DNA of 64,000 nucleotides, from assembly GCA_020633625.1 (NCBI GenBank), contig JACKDJ010000014.1, positions 18,035-82,034 of the forward strand, in the 5' to 3' direction. Position numbers and translations under genes: made by a program. Below, piece by piece: positions 19,244 through 29,000 of the stretch. The notes under the pieces are model-generated. The model was not told where the DNA came from and made no database searches. It saw only the letters and a list, made by a program, of their open reading frames with translations. Numbering within the stretch: the stretch's first letter is position 1; every line of letters starts with the position of its first letter. Source of the stretch: Myxococcales bacterium (GTDB lineage Bacteria; Myxococcota_A; Bradymonadia; REDH01).

Positions 19244-19666
19244 GTGAACAACAACACGATTGTACGCGCGTCCAAGCTTGACCCCGGCAGTGTGCGGTTG
19301 CTTAACCCGGGTGTGCTCAGGGGGCAGTCCCGTGATGGGAACGAGGCAACCTGGCCCTCCGATCCTCACTTCGCGTTGGTGCTGCTCGTGAGCGGTACGG
19401 TACCTGAGCGAGATGTGTGCTTGCTCTGGCTCACGAGCAAACCTGGCCCGGGCCGTCGACAGGTCCCGGAGTCTGTGAAGGACGGACACGTCGGGACGTG
19501 GAACTCGAAGCCGACCTACATCTACGCCGTGGCGCAACGGTTCTGGGTGGACGAGGCGACGCTTCGCGCGGCGGACAAGACCATCGGCGACCTTAGGGTT
19601 GAGAACGGCTGGTTGTCGCAGCTACAGGCCGACATCGCGTACGAGGAGTATCGGGTCTCGGCGTAG
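19244..19666 (+). CDS. Hypothetical 140-aa protein (no recognisable domain), GTG start with a strong GAGGAGAGAGAA Shine-Dalgarno
   Basis: Open frame with good RBS spacing, 70 bp downstream of the DUF262 gene. About 60% GC. Followed immediately by a perfect 15-bp stem hairpin. Confidence 0.45.
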   Translation: MNNNTIVRASKLDPGSVRLLNPGVLRGQSRDGNEATWPSDPHFALVLLVSGTVPERDVCLLWLTSKPGPGRRQVPESVKDGHVGTWNSKPTYIYAVAQRFWVDEATLRAADKTIGDLRVENGWLSQLQADIAYEEYRVSA

Positions 19667-19669
19667 AGC

Positions 19670-19725
19670 CTCGGCACGGCCGCGATTCGAGGTGACCAGC
19701 TGGCTGCGACCGCGGCCGTGCCGAG
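19670..19725 (+). terminator. Perfect 15-bp inverted repeat (ctcggcacggccgcg … cgcggccgtgccgag), 26-nt loop, 4 nt after the stop of the 140-aa ORF
   Basis: Read directly from the sequence. GC-rich stem with no T-tract. Could be an intrinsic terminator, an RNA-stability hairpin or a protein-binding palindrome. Confidence 0.35.
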
Positions 19726-19884
19726 CCCACAGCCTCGTCCCGCGTCGGAATCGCCCCAGCGTGACCTGTCCACTGTTCGCGCTCGGTTCCGGCGCGGCGC
19801 GCGAGTCCGGAGTGCGACGCTGCAGTGTCACAGCCGGACCGACCCGTGGTATGCCTGTCGGCGACGCCTCTACCCCGCCGAACC

Positions 19885-20907
19885 ATGACCATCACCGCCA
19901 TCACGCTAGAGAAGTTCACGGCGTTCGAGTCGCTGGAGTTCGAGCCCTCGACAGGGGTCAACGTTCTGATCGGTGCGAACGGTACCGGGAAGACGCATCT
20001 GATGAAGGTCGCGTACGCCGCGTGCGACATCACCCGGACGCGCGAAGGATTCGGCGAGAAGCTGGTTGGCTCGTTCCTCCCTTCGGGTGGCGCCCTCGGG
20101 CGCTTGGTGCGGCGTCGCGGAACGAGCTCGGCCGCGAGAGTCGTCGTGCGCAGAGGCGACCTCGCCCTCAGGGCGGAGTTCTCGAGTCACGCCAAGGACC
20201 CAAGTCACGCGAATGTGAAAGTGACGGCGCCGCGCTGGAGCGAGTCACCGGTCGAAAGCGTCTTCGTTCCCGTCAAGGAGATGCTTGCGAACGCCCCCGG
20301 CTTCCGATCGCTCTACGCGCGGCGCGAGATTCACTTCGAGTCCGTCTACGCCGACATCATCGATCGCGCGTACCTACCCCTGCTCCGGGGTCCACGGGAC
20401 GACACCCACCGCGGCCTCCTGTCCACACTGCAGGGCGCGATGGACGGCAAGGTGGTGGTCAAGAACGAGGAGTTCTTCCTGAAGAACGCTCAGGGCGAGC
20501 TCGAGTTCACGCTGCTCGCGGAGGGCCTTCGCAAGCTGGGGCTGCTCTGGCTCCTGATCCAGAACGGGACGCTCGCCGGCGGCTCGGTGCTCTTCTGGGA
20601 TGAGCCGGAGACGAACCTCAACCCGCAGCTCTTCAGTGTCGTCGTGGAGCTGCTCCTTGGGCTCCAGCGATTGGGCGTTCAGGTCTTCGTAACCACACAC
20701 GACTACGGAATGCTCAAGGAGTTCGAGCTCGCCGCGCGCCCAGGTGACCACATCCGCTACCACGCCTGTTTCCGGCCAGAAGGCACCGCGGCCGTCGAGA
20801 TCGAGACATCCGACACTCCGTCCAACCTCGCGAACAGCCCTATCGCCGCCGCGATGACCTCCCTCTATGACCGCGAAGTGCGTCGGTCGCTCGGGAGACG
20901 CGCATGA
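19885..20907 (+). CDS. Minimal ABC-type / AAA_21-like ATPase (~340 aa)
   Basis: Walker A LIGANGTGKTHLMK, ABC-signature-like LAEGLRKLGLLWLL, Walker B/D-loop VLFWDEPETNLNP, H-loop FVTTHD. Start at MTITAITLEKF. Its stop overlaps the next gene's ATG (ATGA). Confidence 0.65.
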   Translation: MTITAITLEKFTAFESLEFEPSTGVNVLIGANGTGKTHLMKVAYAACDITRTREGFGEKLVGSFLPSGGALGRLVRRRGTSSAARVVVRRGDLALRAEFSSHAKDPSHANVKVTAPRWSESPVESVFVPVKEMLANAPGFRSLYARREIHFESVYADIIDRAYLPLLRGPRDDTHRGLLSTLQGAMDGKVVVKNEEFFLKNAQGELEFTLLAEGLRKLGLLWLLIQNGTLAGGSVLFWDEPETNLNPQLFSVVVELLLGLQRLGVQVFVTTHDYGMLKEFELAARPGDHIRYHACFRPEGTAAVEIETSDTPSNLANSPIAAAMTSLYDREVRRSLGRRA

Positions 20908-21413
20908 CGGTCATCGTCGAAGCCGAGCTCGAGTTCACATTCGACCCGAGTTGGGCGACCGAGCATCTCGACTCGCCAGGGCGGGTATGGCCCAAGGGAA
21001 TCTCGCCAGTCGACTTCGTCGTCGACCGAGGCGACGACCTTCTCTTGATCGAGGTGAAGGACCCCTCGCACTCGCGCGCAACGCCCGCCGAGCGCACCCG
21101 ATTCATCCGAGAGATGACGTCGAGAGAGCTCACTCACGAGCGGCTCGCGCCCAAGGCACGGACCAGCTGGTCTTACCTCTACCTCATGGATCGGACCGAG
21201 AAGCCGCTTGTGTTCGTCTTCCTTGTCGGGACCGACGCACTGACACTGGAGCCTGTGCTCCTGCAATCACTGAACGACCGGCTCCGGGCGCGACTTGCGC
21301 AAGAGACCGAGCACCCTTGGGCACGCCCGTATGTCGTCTCGTCTGTCGTCCTCCCCGCCCTCGACGCCGGTCGGTACATTCCTGGGCTCAGCGTGACACG
21401 AAGACGCGGGTAG
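20904..21413 (+). CDS. Small (169-aa) predicted PD-(D/E)xK-fold nuclease-like protein, translationally coupled to the ATPase
   Basis: N-terminal acidic helix (EAELEF), then ...PVDFVVDRGDDLLLIEVKD..., i.e. D-(x11)-E-V-K spacing typical of the restriction-endonuclease-like fold. 4-bp ATGA overlap with the ATPase gene. The motif assignment was made by eye. Confidence 0.5.
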   Translation: MTVIVEAELEFTFDPSWATEHLDSPGRVWPKGISPVDFVVDRGDDLLLIEVKDPSHSRATPAERTRFIREMTSRELTHERLAPKARTSWSYLYLMDRTEKPLVFVFLVGTDALTLEPVLLQSLNDRLRARLAQETEHPWARPYVVSSVVLPALDAGRYIPGLSVTRRRG

Positions 21414-21428
21414 CCACTGCCCCCCACC

Positions 21429-22184
21429 TCACACCACCGCGCCACCCACCGCCCGCGGATCGAACGTCTCCAGCTCGCGCGTCAGCAGCTCGCCGGTCGC
21501 TTCGGGCTCCAACAGCCCGCGCTTCTGGAACGCTGGGATGACCTTGGACTCGACCGTCTCTCGCATCGCTTGCCAGTGCTCGCGTCGGTCGATCAGCCCA
21601 AAGGCGAGGGCGCTCGGCTCGTAACGGGGCTCTTCGTCGCGGAGCTTGGCTCGCAGGTAGATGCGGAGCCACCAGCAGAGGCGGGGGCGGACCCAGGCTC
21701 GCACGGGCTCGAGTCCATACAGCTCGCTCAGCGCGTCGAGGACGTCGAACGCGAAGACGCGGTGCGTGGACTCGTCGCGCAGGATCACCTCGCAGACGTC
21801 GCGCGCCATCGGGTCTGTCGCGTTCTCTAGGCGCATACGAAACACCGTCAGCGCGACCGACTCTTCGCACGCGAGCTCGCCGGCCGCCGTGATCAGCCGC
21901 AGGTGCATCGGGGCTTCGGGGTCGTCGGCGTGGATCAGCTGGCGCGGGACGAGCGACACGGGCGTCGGCGCTCCGCCGGCGTGCAGGTACAGCTCGTGGC
22001 AGATTGTCGCGTGCCGGACCTCGTCGCTCACCACACGGGTAGCGCGGACCAAGAGGTCTGGGCTCAGGCCGACCACACACATCCAGTGCGTCATCTCCGC
22101 GACCAAGCTCGCCGCGGTGTACTCCGTGCGCGACTGTCGGAGCCACGCCCGCTGAACCACATCCACGGTGTCTCCCGCGTTCAA
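21429..22184 (-). CDS. Ferritin-like / di-iron-carboxylate-type domain protein (251 aa)
   Basis: Paired ExxH motifs (DEVRHATICHE, ...EESVALTVF..., DESTHRVFAFD) and predicted helical character. Start overlaps the stop of the upstream lipoprotein gene by 4 bp. Confidence 0.45.
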   Translation of the reverse strand: MNAGDTVDVVQRAWLRQSRTEYTAASLVAEMTHWMCVVGLSPDLLVRATRVVSDEVRHATICHELYLHAGGAPTPVSLVPRQLIHADDPEAPMHLRLITAAGELACEESVALTVFRMRLENATDPMARDVCEVILRDESTHRVFAFDVLDALSELYGLEPVRAWVRPRLCWWLRIYLRAKLRDEEPRYEPSALAFGLIDRREHWQAMRETVESKVIPAFQKRGLLEPEATGELLTRELETFDPRAVGGAVV

Positions 22185-22843
22185 GTCGGTTGGCGGTCGA
22201 CCTCGAACGGACCGCGGCGCCCACGGTAGGAGCGAAGCCCCTGGCTAGGGCCCTCGGGCGCACACCACGCGAACTGGCTCCAGTCGAGTCCCGGCCCCAA
22301 CATCGCCTCGCCGCTGCCCTCGCCCGAGCCCTCGCCGCCCTCGCCCGAGCCCTCGCCGCTGCCCTCGCCCGAGCCCTCGCCGCCCTCGCCCGAGCCCTCG
22401 CCGCTACCCTCGCCCGAGCCCTCGCCGCTACCCTCGCCCGAGCCCTCGCCCGAGCCCTCGCCGCTGCCCTCTGGAACATCCGGCAGCGCATCGCCGTCTA
22501 CCGAGTCGGGCTCGTCGCTATACCATCCGGAGTTGTCCGAAAGTTCGGGCTCTTCGACGTCGGGATCCTCGGTGACCTCGGCATCGGCATCAACGTCCGG
22601 ATCGTCGCTGTACCATCCGGAGTTGTCGCAGCACTGGGGGAGGTCGCCGTCGGGTTCGTCCGAGACCTCGACGTCGAGGTCGTCGGTGTACCACCCAGAG
22701 TTGTCCGAGAAGCCGGACTCGTCCCTGTAGCCCGTGTCGGGTTCGGTGTCTGCGACGCGATCGTTGCAGCTCGCGACGAGCGCGACGGGCAGCGTCAACG
22801 CGACGACAAATCGCGGACCTCTGAAGTTCGATGCCATAGCCAC
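22181..22843 (-). CDS. Low-complexity secreted lipoprotein with DNSGWYSD(D/E)PD repeats and a long (GEGS)n linker
   Basis: Lipobox MASNFRGPRFVVALTLPVALVASCND, three DNSGWY repeats and a 70-aa GEGSGEGS tract (24/30-nt periodic DNA at ~22240-22500). Co-oriented and overlapping with the ferritin-like gene. Confidence 0.55.
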   Translation of the reverse strand: MAMASNFRGPRFVVALTLPVALVASCNDRVADTEPDTGYRDESGFSDNSGWYTDDLDVEVSDEPDGDLPQCCDNSGWYSDDPDVDADAEVTEDPDVEEPELSDNSGWYSDEPDSVDGDALPDVPEGSGEGSGEGSGEGSGEGSGEGSGEGSGEGGEGSGEGSGEGSGEGGEGSGEGSGEAMLGPGLDWSQFAWCAPEGPSQGLRSYRGRRGPFEVDRQPT

Positions 22844-23016
22844 AAGGTACCGGGGCGAGCGATCATGTCAACAGCCGTCCGAGCCTCGGCTCTTCTCCGG
22901 GACGCCGAGCGCGATGACACGGAGCGCGACGACGGAACGCAGCCGCTACTGCTGAGCCGCTCGCGACGCGCGGCACGCCCCGAGGGGCGTGCCGCGCACC
23001 GACCACACAGCGCTCG

Positions 23017-26000
23017 CTACCCGCGCCGGCGACGGCGCACGGCCACCAGGGCGAGAGCGGTCAGCAACAGGGGCAGGCCGCTCGGCGTGCTCCCCGGCGC
23101 CGACGCGCACCCGTTGCGCTTCGGACCCGAGCCACCGTCGCTGCCGCCGTCGAGCGGGGTCACGCCGCCGTCGTCGCCGCCGGTGTCGAAGCCCGAGATG
23201 CCGTCGTCGCCGGCATCGCCGCCCGCGTCGGAGCCCGCGTCGGAGCCGCCGTCAGCCCCGGCGTCGCTGCCGGCGTCGGAGCCCGTGTCACCGCCGGCGT
23301 CGCCGCCCGCGTCGCCAGCATCGCCGCCCGCGTCGGAGCCCGTGTCACCGCCGACATCGCCGCCTGCATCGCCGCCGACGTCGTCGCCGGCGTCTGCACC
23401 CACATCGTCACCGGCGTCTCCGCCCGCGTCGCCACCGACGTCGTCGCCGACCTCTGTGACGAGGACCTCGTAGACGGCCGTGGGGGCGCCCTCGGGCGAG
23501 GTCGCGACGTTTGCTGCGACCGAGAGGTCCGTCGCCTCGATGTAGTAGTAGGCGAAGCCCGCGACGAGGTCGTCGCCCGGGATCGTCAGGCGGTACTCGT
23601 CGGCGCCGGTGTGATCCATCACGTCGTCGAGCCACACGCCCGAGTCGGCGATCTGAACATACAGGCGCACCTCATCGATGCCGCTGGCGTCGGTGACCGT
23701 CGCGATGACGTCGATCGACGTGCCCGCCGTCACCTCGGTGACCGGCGTGTGCGTGATCACCGGCGGCACGAGATCGGGGCCCGTGATCGGGTCGACGACG
23801 AGGATCTCGGGGCGCAGCTCGCCGCCGGCAGGCTCGAGGGTCACGTTGCCGATCGTGTCGCTCGCCTCGACGAAGTACGCCAGCTCGCCGGCCACGACGG
23901 CGCTGCCGGGCAGCGTCGCCGAGTAGCGGCCGCCTACCAATGTCATCGGCGTCTCGGTCCACGTCTCGTCTGTCGCGCCCGACGTGCTCAGGGTCACCGT
24001 GCCGACTCCCGATGGGTCGGTGACGCCGGCCGTGAACGTGATCGGGGCGCCGGCCGTGTAGGGGCCTACCGGCACATCGAGCTCGACCGTCGGCCCCGTC
24101 GTGTCGGGGTCGACCACGACGACCGCGTACGGGACGGCCGGGGCCGTCGCCGGCGCGCGCGCCGTGTTCGAAGGCGACGCGCCGTCGACCGCCTGCAGGT
24201 AGTACTGCACACCCGGCGCCGCCACCGCGCGCGCGGGGATGGTCGCCGACCAGGTATCACCGGCCGGCGTCATCGCGAGGGTCGTGTACGAGGTCTCGCC
24301 GACCACGCGGTAGTAGACCGTCGCCGAGGCGATCCCCGACGCGTCGGTGACCGTCGCGTCGAGGGTCAGCGGGCGGCCGGAGACGAGGGTCGCGGTCGTC
24401 GGCGTGTGGACGATCGTCGGCGCCGTCGTGTCGGGCGTCGTGACCACGAACATCGACGGAGTGGCCGGCGCGCTCGCCGGCGCCACGGCCGAGTTTGGCG
24501 TCGCCGCCCGGTCGGTAGCCGACACGTAGTAGTCGACGCCGGGCGCCACGACGACCGTGCCCGGAAGCGTCGCCGACCAAACATCGCCCGCTGCCGTCAT
24601 CGCGACCGACAGCCACGCCGACGAGCCGGTGGCGCGGAAGTAGAGCGTCGCGGACGCGACGCCCGACGAGTCCGTGATGCGCGCGAGGACCGTCGTCGGC
24701 GTACCGGCGACCACGGGGCTCGCGACCGGCGTGAGCGAGATCGTCGGCGGCGCGAGGTCGGTCGTCACCGCCGTGAACGTGTGGAACGTGGCCGGCGCGC
24801 CAGCCGGGTTGACCGCGGTGTTTGGCGCGGGCGCCGAGTCTGTGGCCGAGATGTAGTAGTTCACGCCGGGCGCCGCGACCGACGAGCCCGGGATCGAGGC
24901 CGTGTACGTCTCGCCCGACCGAGCCATCGCGGTGCTGAGCCACGTCGCGTCGCCAGAGCGACGGAAGTAGAGCGTCACGTTCGCGATGCCCGTCGCGTCT
25001 GTCACGGTCGCCGAGACGGCCACCGCGGCACCGACGGGCTGGCCGTCGGCGATCGGCGTGTGTGTGATCGTCGGGGCCGTCGTGTCGGGTACGAACACCT
25101 CGAACGAGTTGAACGACGCCGGCGCGTCGCTCGGGTCCACGGCGGTGTTCGACGGGGACGCCCCGTCGGTCGCCGACACGTAGTAGTCGACGCCCGGCAC
25201 CAGGATCACGGTGCCCGGAAGGGTCCCCGACCATGTGTCACCAGACGCCGACATCGCGACGGACAGCCAAGACGAGGTACCCGAGGCGCGGAAGTACAGC
25301 GTCGCGGACGCCACACCCGACGAGTCGGTGACGCGCGCAGACACCGTCGTCGCCGTGCCCGCCGCGATCGGGCCGCTGACGAGCGTCGTCGTGATCGACG
25401 GCGCCGCCACGTCGGCCGTGACGACCGTGAACGTGTGGAACGAAGTCGGCGCTCCGGCCGGGCTCGTCGCGATGTTTGCTGCCGGCGCCGTGTCGGTCGC
25501 CGAGATGTAGTAGCTGACGCCCGGCGCCGCGACCGACCCGCTCGGGATCGATGCCGAGTAGGCGCCACCGCTCCCGCTCATCGCCGTGCTGAGCCACGTC
25601 GCGTCGGTGGAGCGCTTGAAGTACAGCGTCACCGGGCCGACGCCCGTCGCGTCGGTGACCGTGGCGCTGACGGTCACCGCGGCTCCCGCCGGCTGACCGT
25701 TCGCGATCGGCGTGTGGACGATCGTCGGCGCCGTCGTGTCGGGAACGAACACGTCGAACGTATGGAACGACGTCGGTGCACCGGCGGGGTCGAGCGCCGT
25801 GTTCGACGGCGACGCCGCGTCGGTCGCGGACAGGTAGTAGTCGACGCCCGGCGCGACCACGGCCAGTGCCGGGATGCTGCCGCTGTATGCGCCGGCGAGC
25901 CCGCCGGTCATCGCGGCGGAGAGCCACGTCGTCGTGCCGCGGACCCGGAAGTACAGCGTGACGGCGCCGACGCCGCTCGCGTCGACGACGACCGCCGAGA

Positions 26001-29000
26001 CCGGCACCGCGGCGCCCGCGGCGCGTGCCGAGGTGATCGGCGTATGCGCGATCGCCGGTGGCGTCGTGTCGACCGGCGTCACGCCGACCGTGAAGCGATG
26101 CAGACTCGTCGGTGCGCCCGAAGGCGACGTCGCGACGTTCGCGCCCGGCGCCGAGTCGACGGCCTCGAGGTAGTACTCGACGCCCGGCTCGGTCACGGCG
26201 ACGCTCGGCAGGATCGCGTTGTATTCGCCCGCGAGCGACGCGGTCAGCGGCAACGACGCGAAGGCGCCGCTGCTGCCCTGCTGACGGTAGCGCATCGTGA
26301 CAGAGGCCACGCCGCTCGCGTCGGTGACGACGGCGGTGACAGCGACCGAGACGCCAGGGTCACGCCCGTTCGCGATCGGCGTGTGTGTGATACTCGGGCC
26401 CGTCGTGTCGGGGACCGTGACCGTCCGCGACCGCCACGCGAGGGGGGCCGTCGAGGGGTCGGCCGACGCGTTGGCGAGCAGGTCCGTCGCGGCGATGTAG
26501 TAGTCGAAGCCCGGCGCAGCGACCGGTCCGACGCTCGCCGTGTAGTGGCCGCCGGCCACGCTCGGCGTCACCAACGTCCACGCGGTCGTCCCGCTCGTGC
26601 GCCAGTAGACCTGCACCTCTTCGACGCCGCTCGGGTCGGTCACGTCGGCCTCGATCGAGACGTTCGAACCGGCGTAGATCGGGAGCGCGGGCGCCACGTG
26701 TGTGATGCTCGGCCCCGCGAGGTCGGTCGGCTCGACCGTGAACCGGGCCGGCGTCGCCGGCGCCGAGGCCGGCGCGACGGCGACGTTCCCGGCGGGCGCG
26801 CTGTCGACGGCGCGGACGTAGTAGTCGACGCCCGCCGTCGTGACCGACGCGCCCGGGATCGTCGCGCGCCACGCGCCGCCCGACAGCGACATCGCGACGT
26901 TCTGGTACGAGGCGGCGCCGGTCACGCGGTAGTAGAGCGCCGCGCTGGCGACCCCGGTCAGGTCGGTGATCTCGGCAGACACCGCGACGGCCTGGCCCTC
27001 GGGCTGACCGTTGGCGACGGTCGCGAGGACGATCGTCGGCGGCGTGAGATCGGGCGGCGGCGTCACGGTGAACGAGACCGTCGCGCTGTCGGCGGCGTTG
27101 CCGACGCCGTCGGTCGCGTGCGCGTAGACCTGCACTCCAGGCTCGACGACCGCCGCGCCCGGGATCGTCCCTGTGTACGGACCGGAGCCCGACAGCGTGA
27201 GCGTCGTCCACGTCGTCGCGCCGGTCACGCGGTAGTAGCCCGCGACCGTCGAGACACCGCTCCCCGCGTCGGTCGCGGTGACGGTGACGGCCACCGGGGT
27301 CCCGACGATCTGCGGGCTCGAGATCGCGTTGACGGACACCGTCGGCGCCGTCGTGTCGGGGTACTGGATGACGATGACGCGCGGCGCCGAGCTGCCCTCG
27401 GGCGGGTAGGTCCCGACGTTGCCGGCGGCGTCTTGCGCCTGGATGTAGTAGCTGACCGTCGCCGTGCCAGACGGGACGAACAGCCACGACCCGACGGCGC
27501 TCCAGGTGTCCCCGGTGCCGTGCGTCATCGTGACGGCGTTGTATGTGCCGCTGTCGAACGAGACATACACGGTCGCCGTCGTCACACCGACGGCGTCGGT
27601 GATCGTCGCCGTCCACGTCACGTCGGAGCCCGCGGGCGACGACGTGATCGGCGTGTGCACGATCGCGGGCGCGGTCGTGTCTGGCGCGGGGACCGTGAAC
27701 GAGAACGGCGCGCCGGCGCCACCGACGGGCAGCGTCGCGACGTTCGCGGCGGGCGCCGTGTCGACCGCCGTCAGGTAGTACTCGACCCCCGGGTCGAGCA
27801 CAGAGGCGCCCGGGATCGAGCCCGTCCACGTCGAGGCGGCGCCGGCCGTGAGCGTAAGGTCCGTCCACGAGACCGTGCCGGTGCGGCGGTAGTGGAGCTG
27901 CACCGAGGCGACGCCGGTGGCATCGACGGCGACGACGGAGATCGGGACCGCCGCCAGCCGCGTCTGCGGACTGCTGACCTGCGTGTGCACGAGGCTCGGC
28001 GCCGTCGTGTCGGGGGCGGTCACGGTGAAGTGGTTCGGCGTCGTCGGCGCCGTCGTCGGCGACACGGCGCTGTTCGAGGCGCCGTCCGTCGCGCGGATGT
28101 AGTAGTCCACACCCGCGACGGTCACGGAGCCGGCGGGGATCGACGCGCTCCACACATCTCCGGTGCCGAGTGTCATGCTCGCGGTCGTGTAGGTCGCCGC
28201 GCCGGTGACGCGGTAGAGCAGGTCGACCGTGAGCGAGCTCGCGTCGACGACCACCGCCTGAATCGGGACGGCGACGCCGGCCGGCTGGCCGTTCGCGACG
28301 GGCGTGTGCGCGATCGACGGCGCCGTCGTGTCTGTGGTCGTGACCGTGAAGTTGTATGGCGTCGTCGGCGCCGTCGTCGGCGCACGCGACTCGTTGCCGG
28401 GCGTGTCGGTCGCGCGGATGTAGTAGTACATCGACGGCGCGGCGACCGAGAACGCCGGGATGTCGGCCTGGTACACGCCGCCGCCGATGTGCGTCATGTC
28501 GATCGTCGAGAACACGGGGAACGTGCTCGGGCGGTACTTGAGCTGCACGACACCGATCCCCGACGGATCCGACACTGTGGCGGTGACGGTCACCGCCACG
28601 CCGGGCGGCTTGCCGTTTGCGATCGGTGTGTGCGTGATCGTCGGTCCGGTCGAGTCGACGGCGGTGACGGTGAAGCTGTACGGCGTGGTCGGTGCCGTAG
28701 CCGGGTCGACCGCCTCGTTCGGCGCGGCGTCGCGCGCGGCGATGTAGTACTCGACGCCGGGCGGCAAGATGCCGGCGCCGGGGATCGTCGCGGTCCACGT
28801 GTTCCCGCTGCTGCGCGTCATGGCGAGCGACGTGTAGGCGGCGCCGCTGCCGGCGGTGCGGTAGTGGACGTCGGCAGACGCCACCGAGCCGCCGGTGTCG
28901 ACGATGCCGGCGGTGATGATGATCGGCGTGCCCTGGAGCTGACCGTTCGCGATCGGCGTATGGACGATCACCGGCGCGACGGTGTCGCCGGAGCTGACCG

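Noticed and set aside
19599-20603. 334-aa alternative-frame ORF overlapping the ATPase gene
   Set aside because: Arg/Pro-rich with no motifs. The ATPase frame carries complete Walker A/B and ABC signature motifs.
22190-23473. 427-aa + strand ORF rich in ALARALA and SPPAS repeats
   Set aside because: Antisense of the (GEGS)n lipoprotein gene and of the C-terminus of the giant gene. The low-complexity comes from the periodic DNA.
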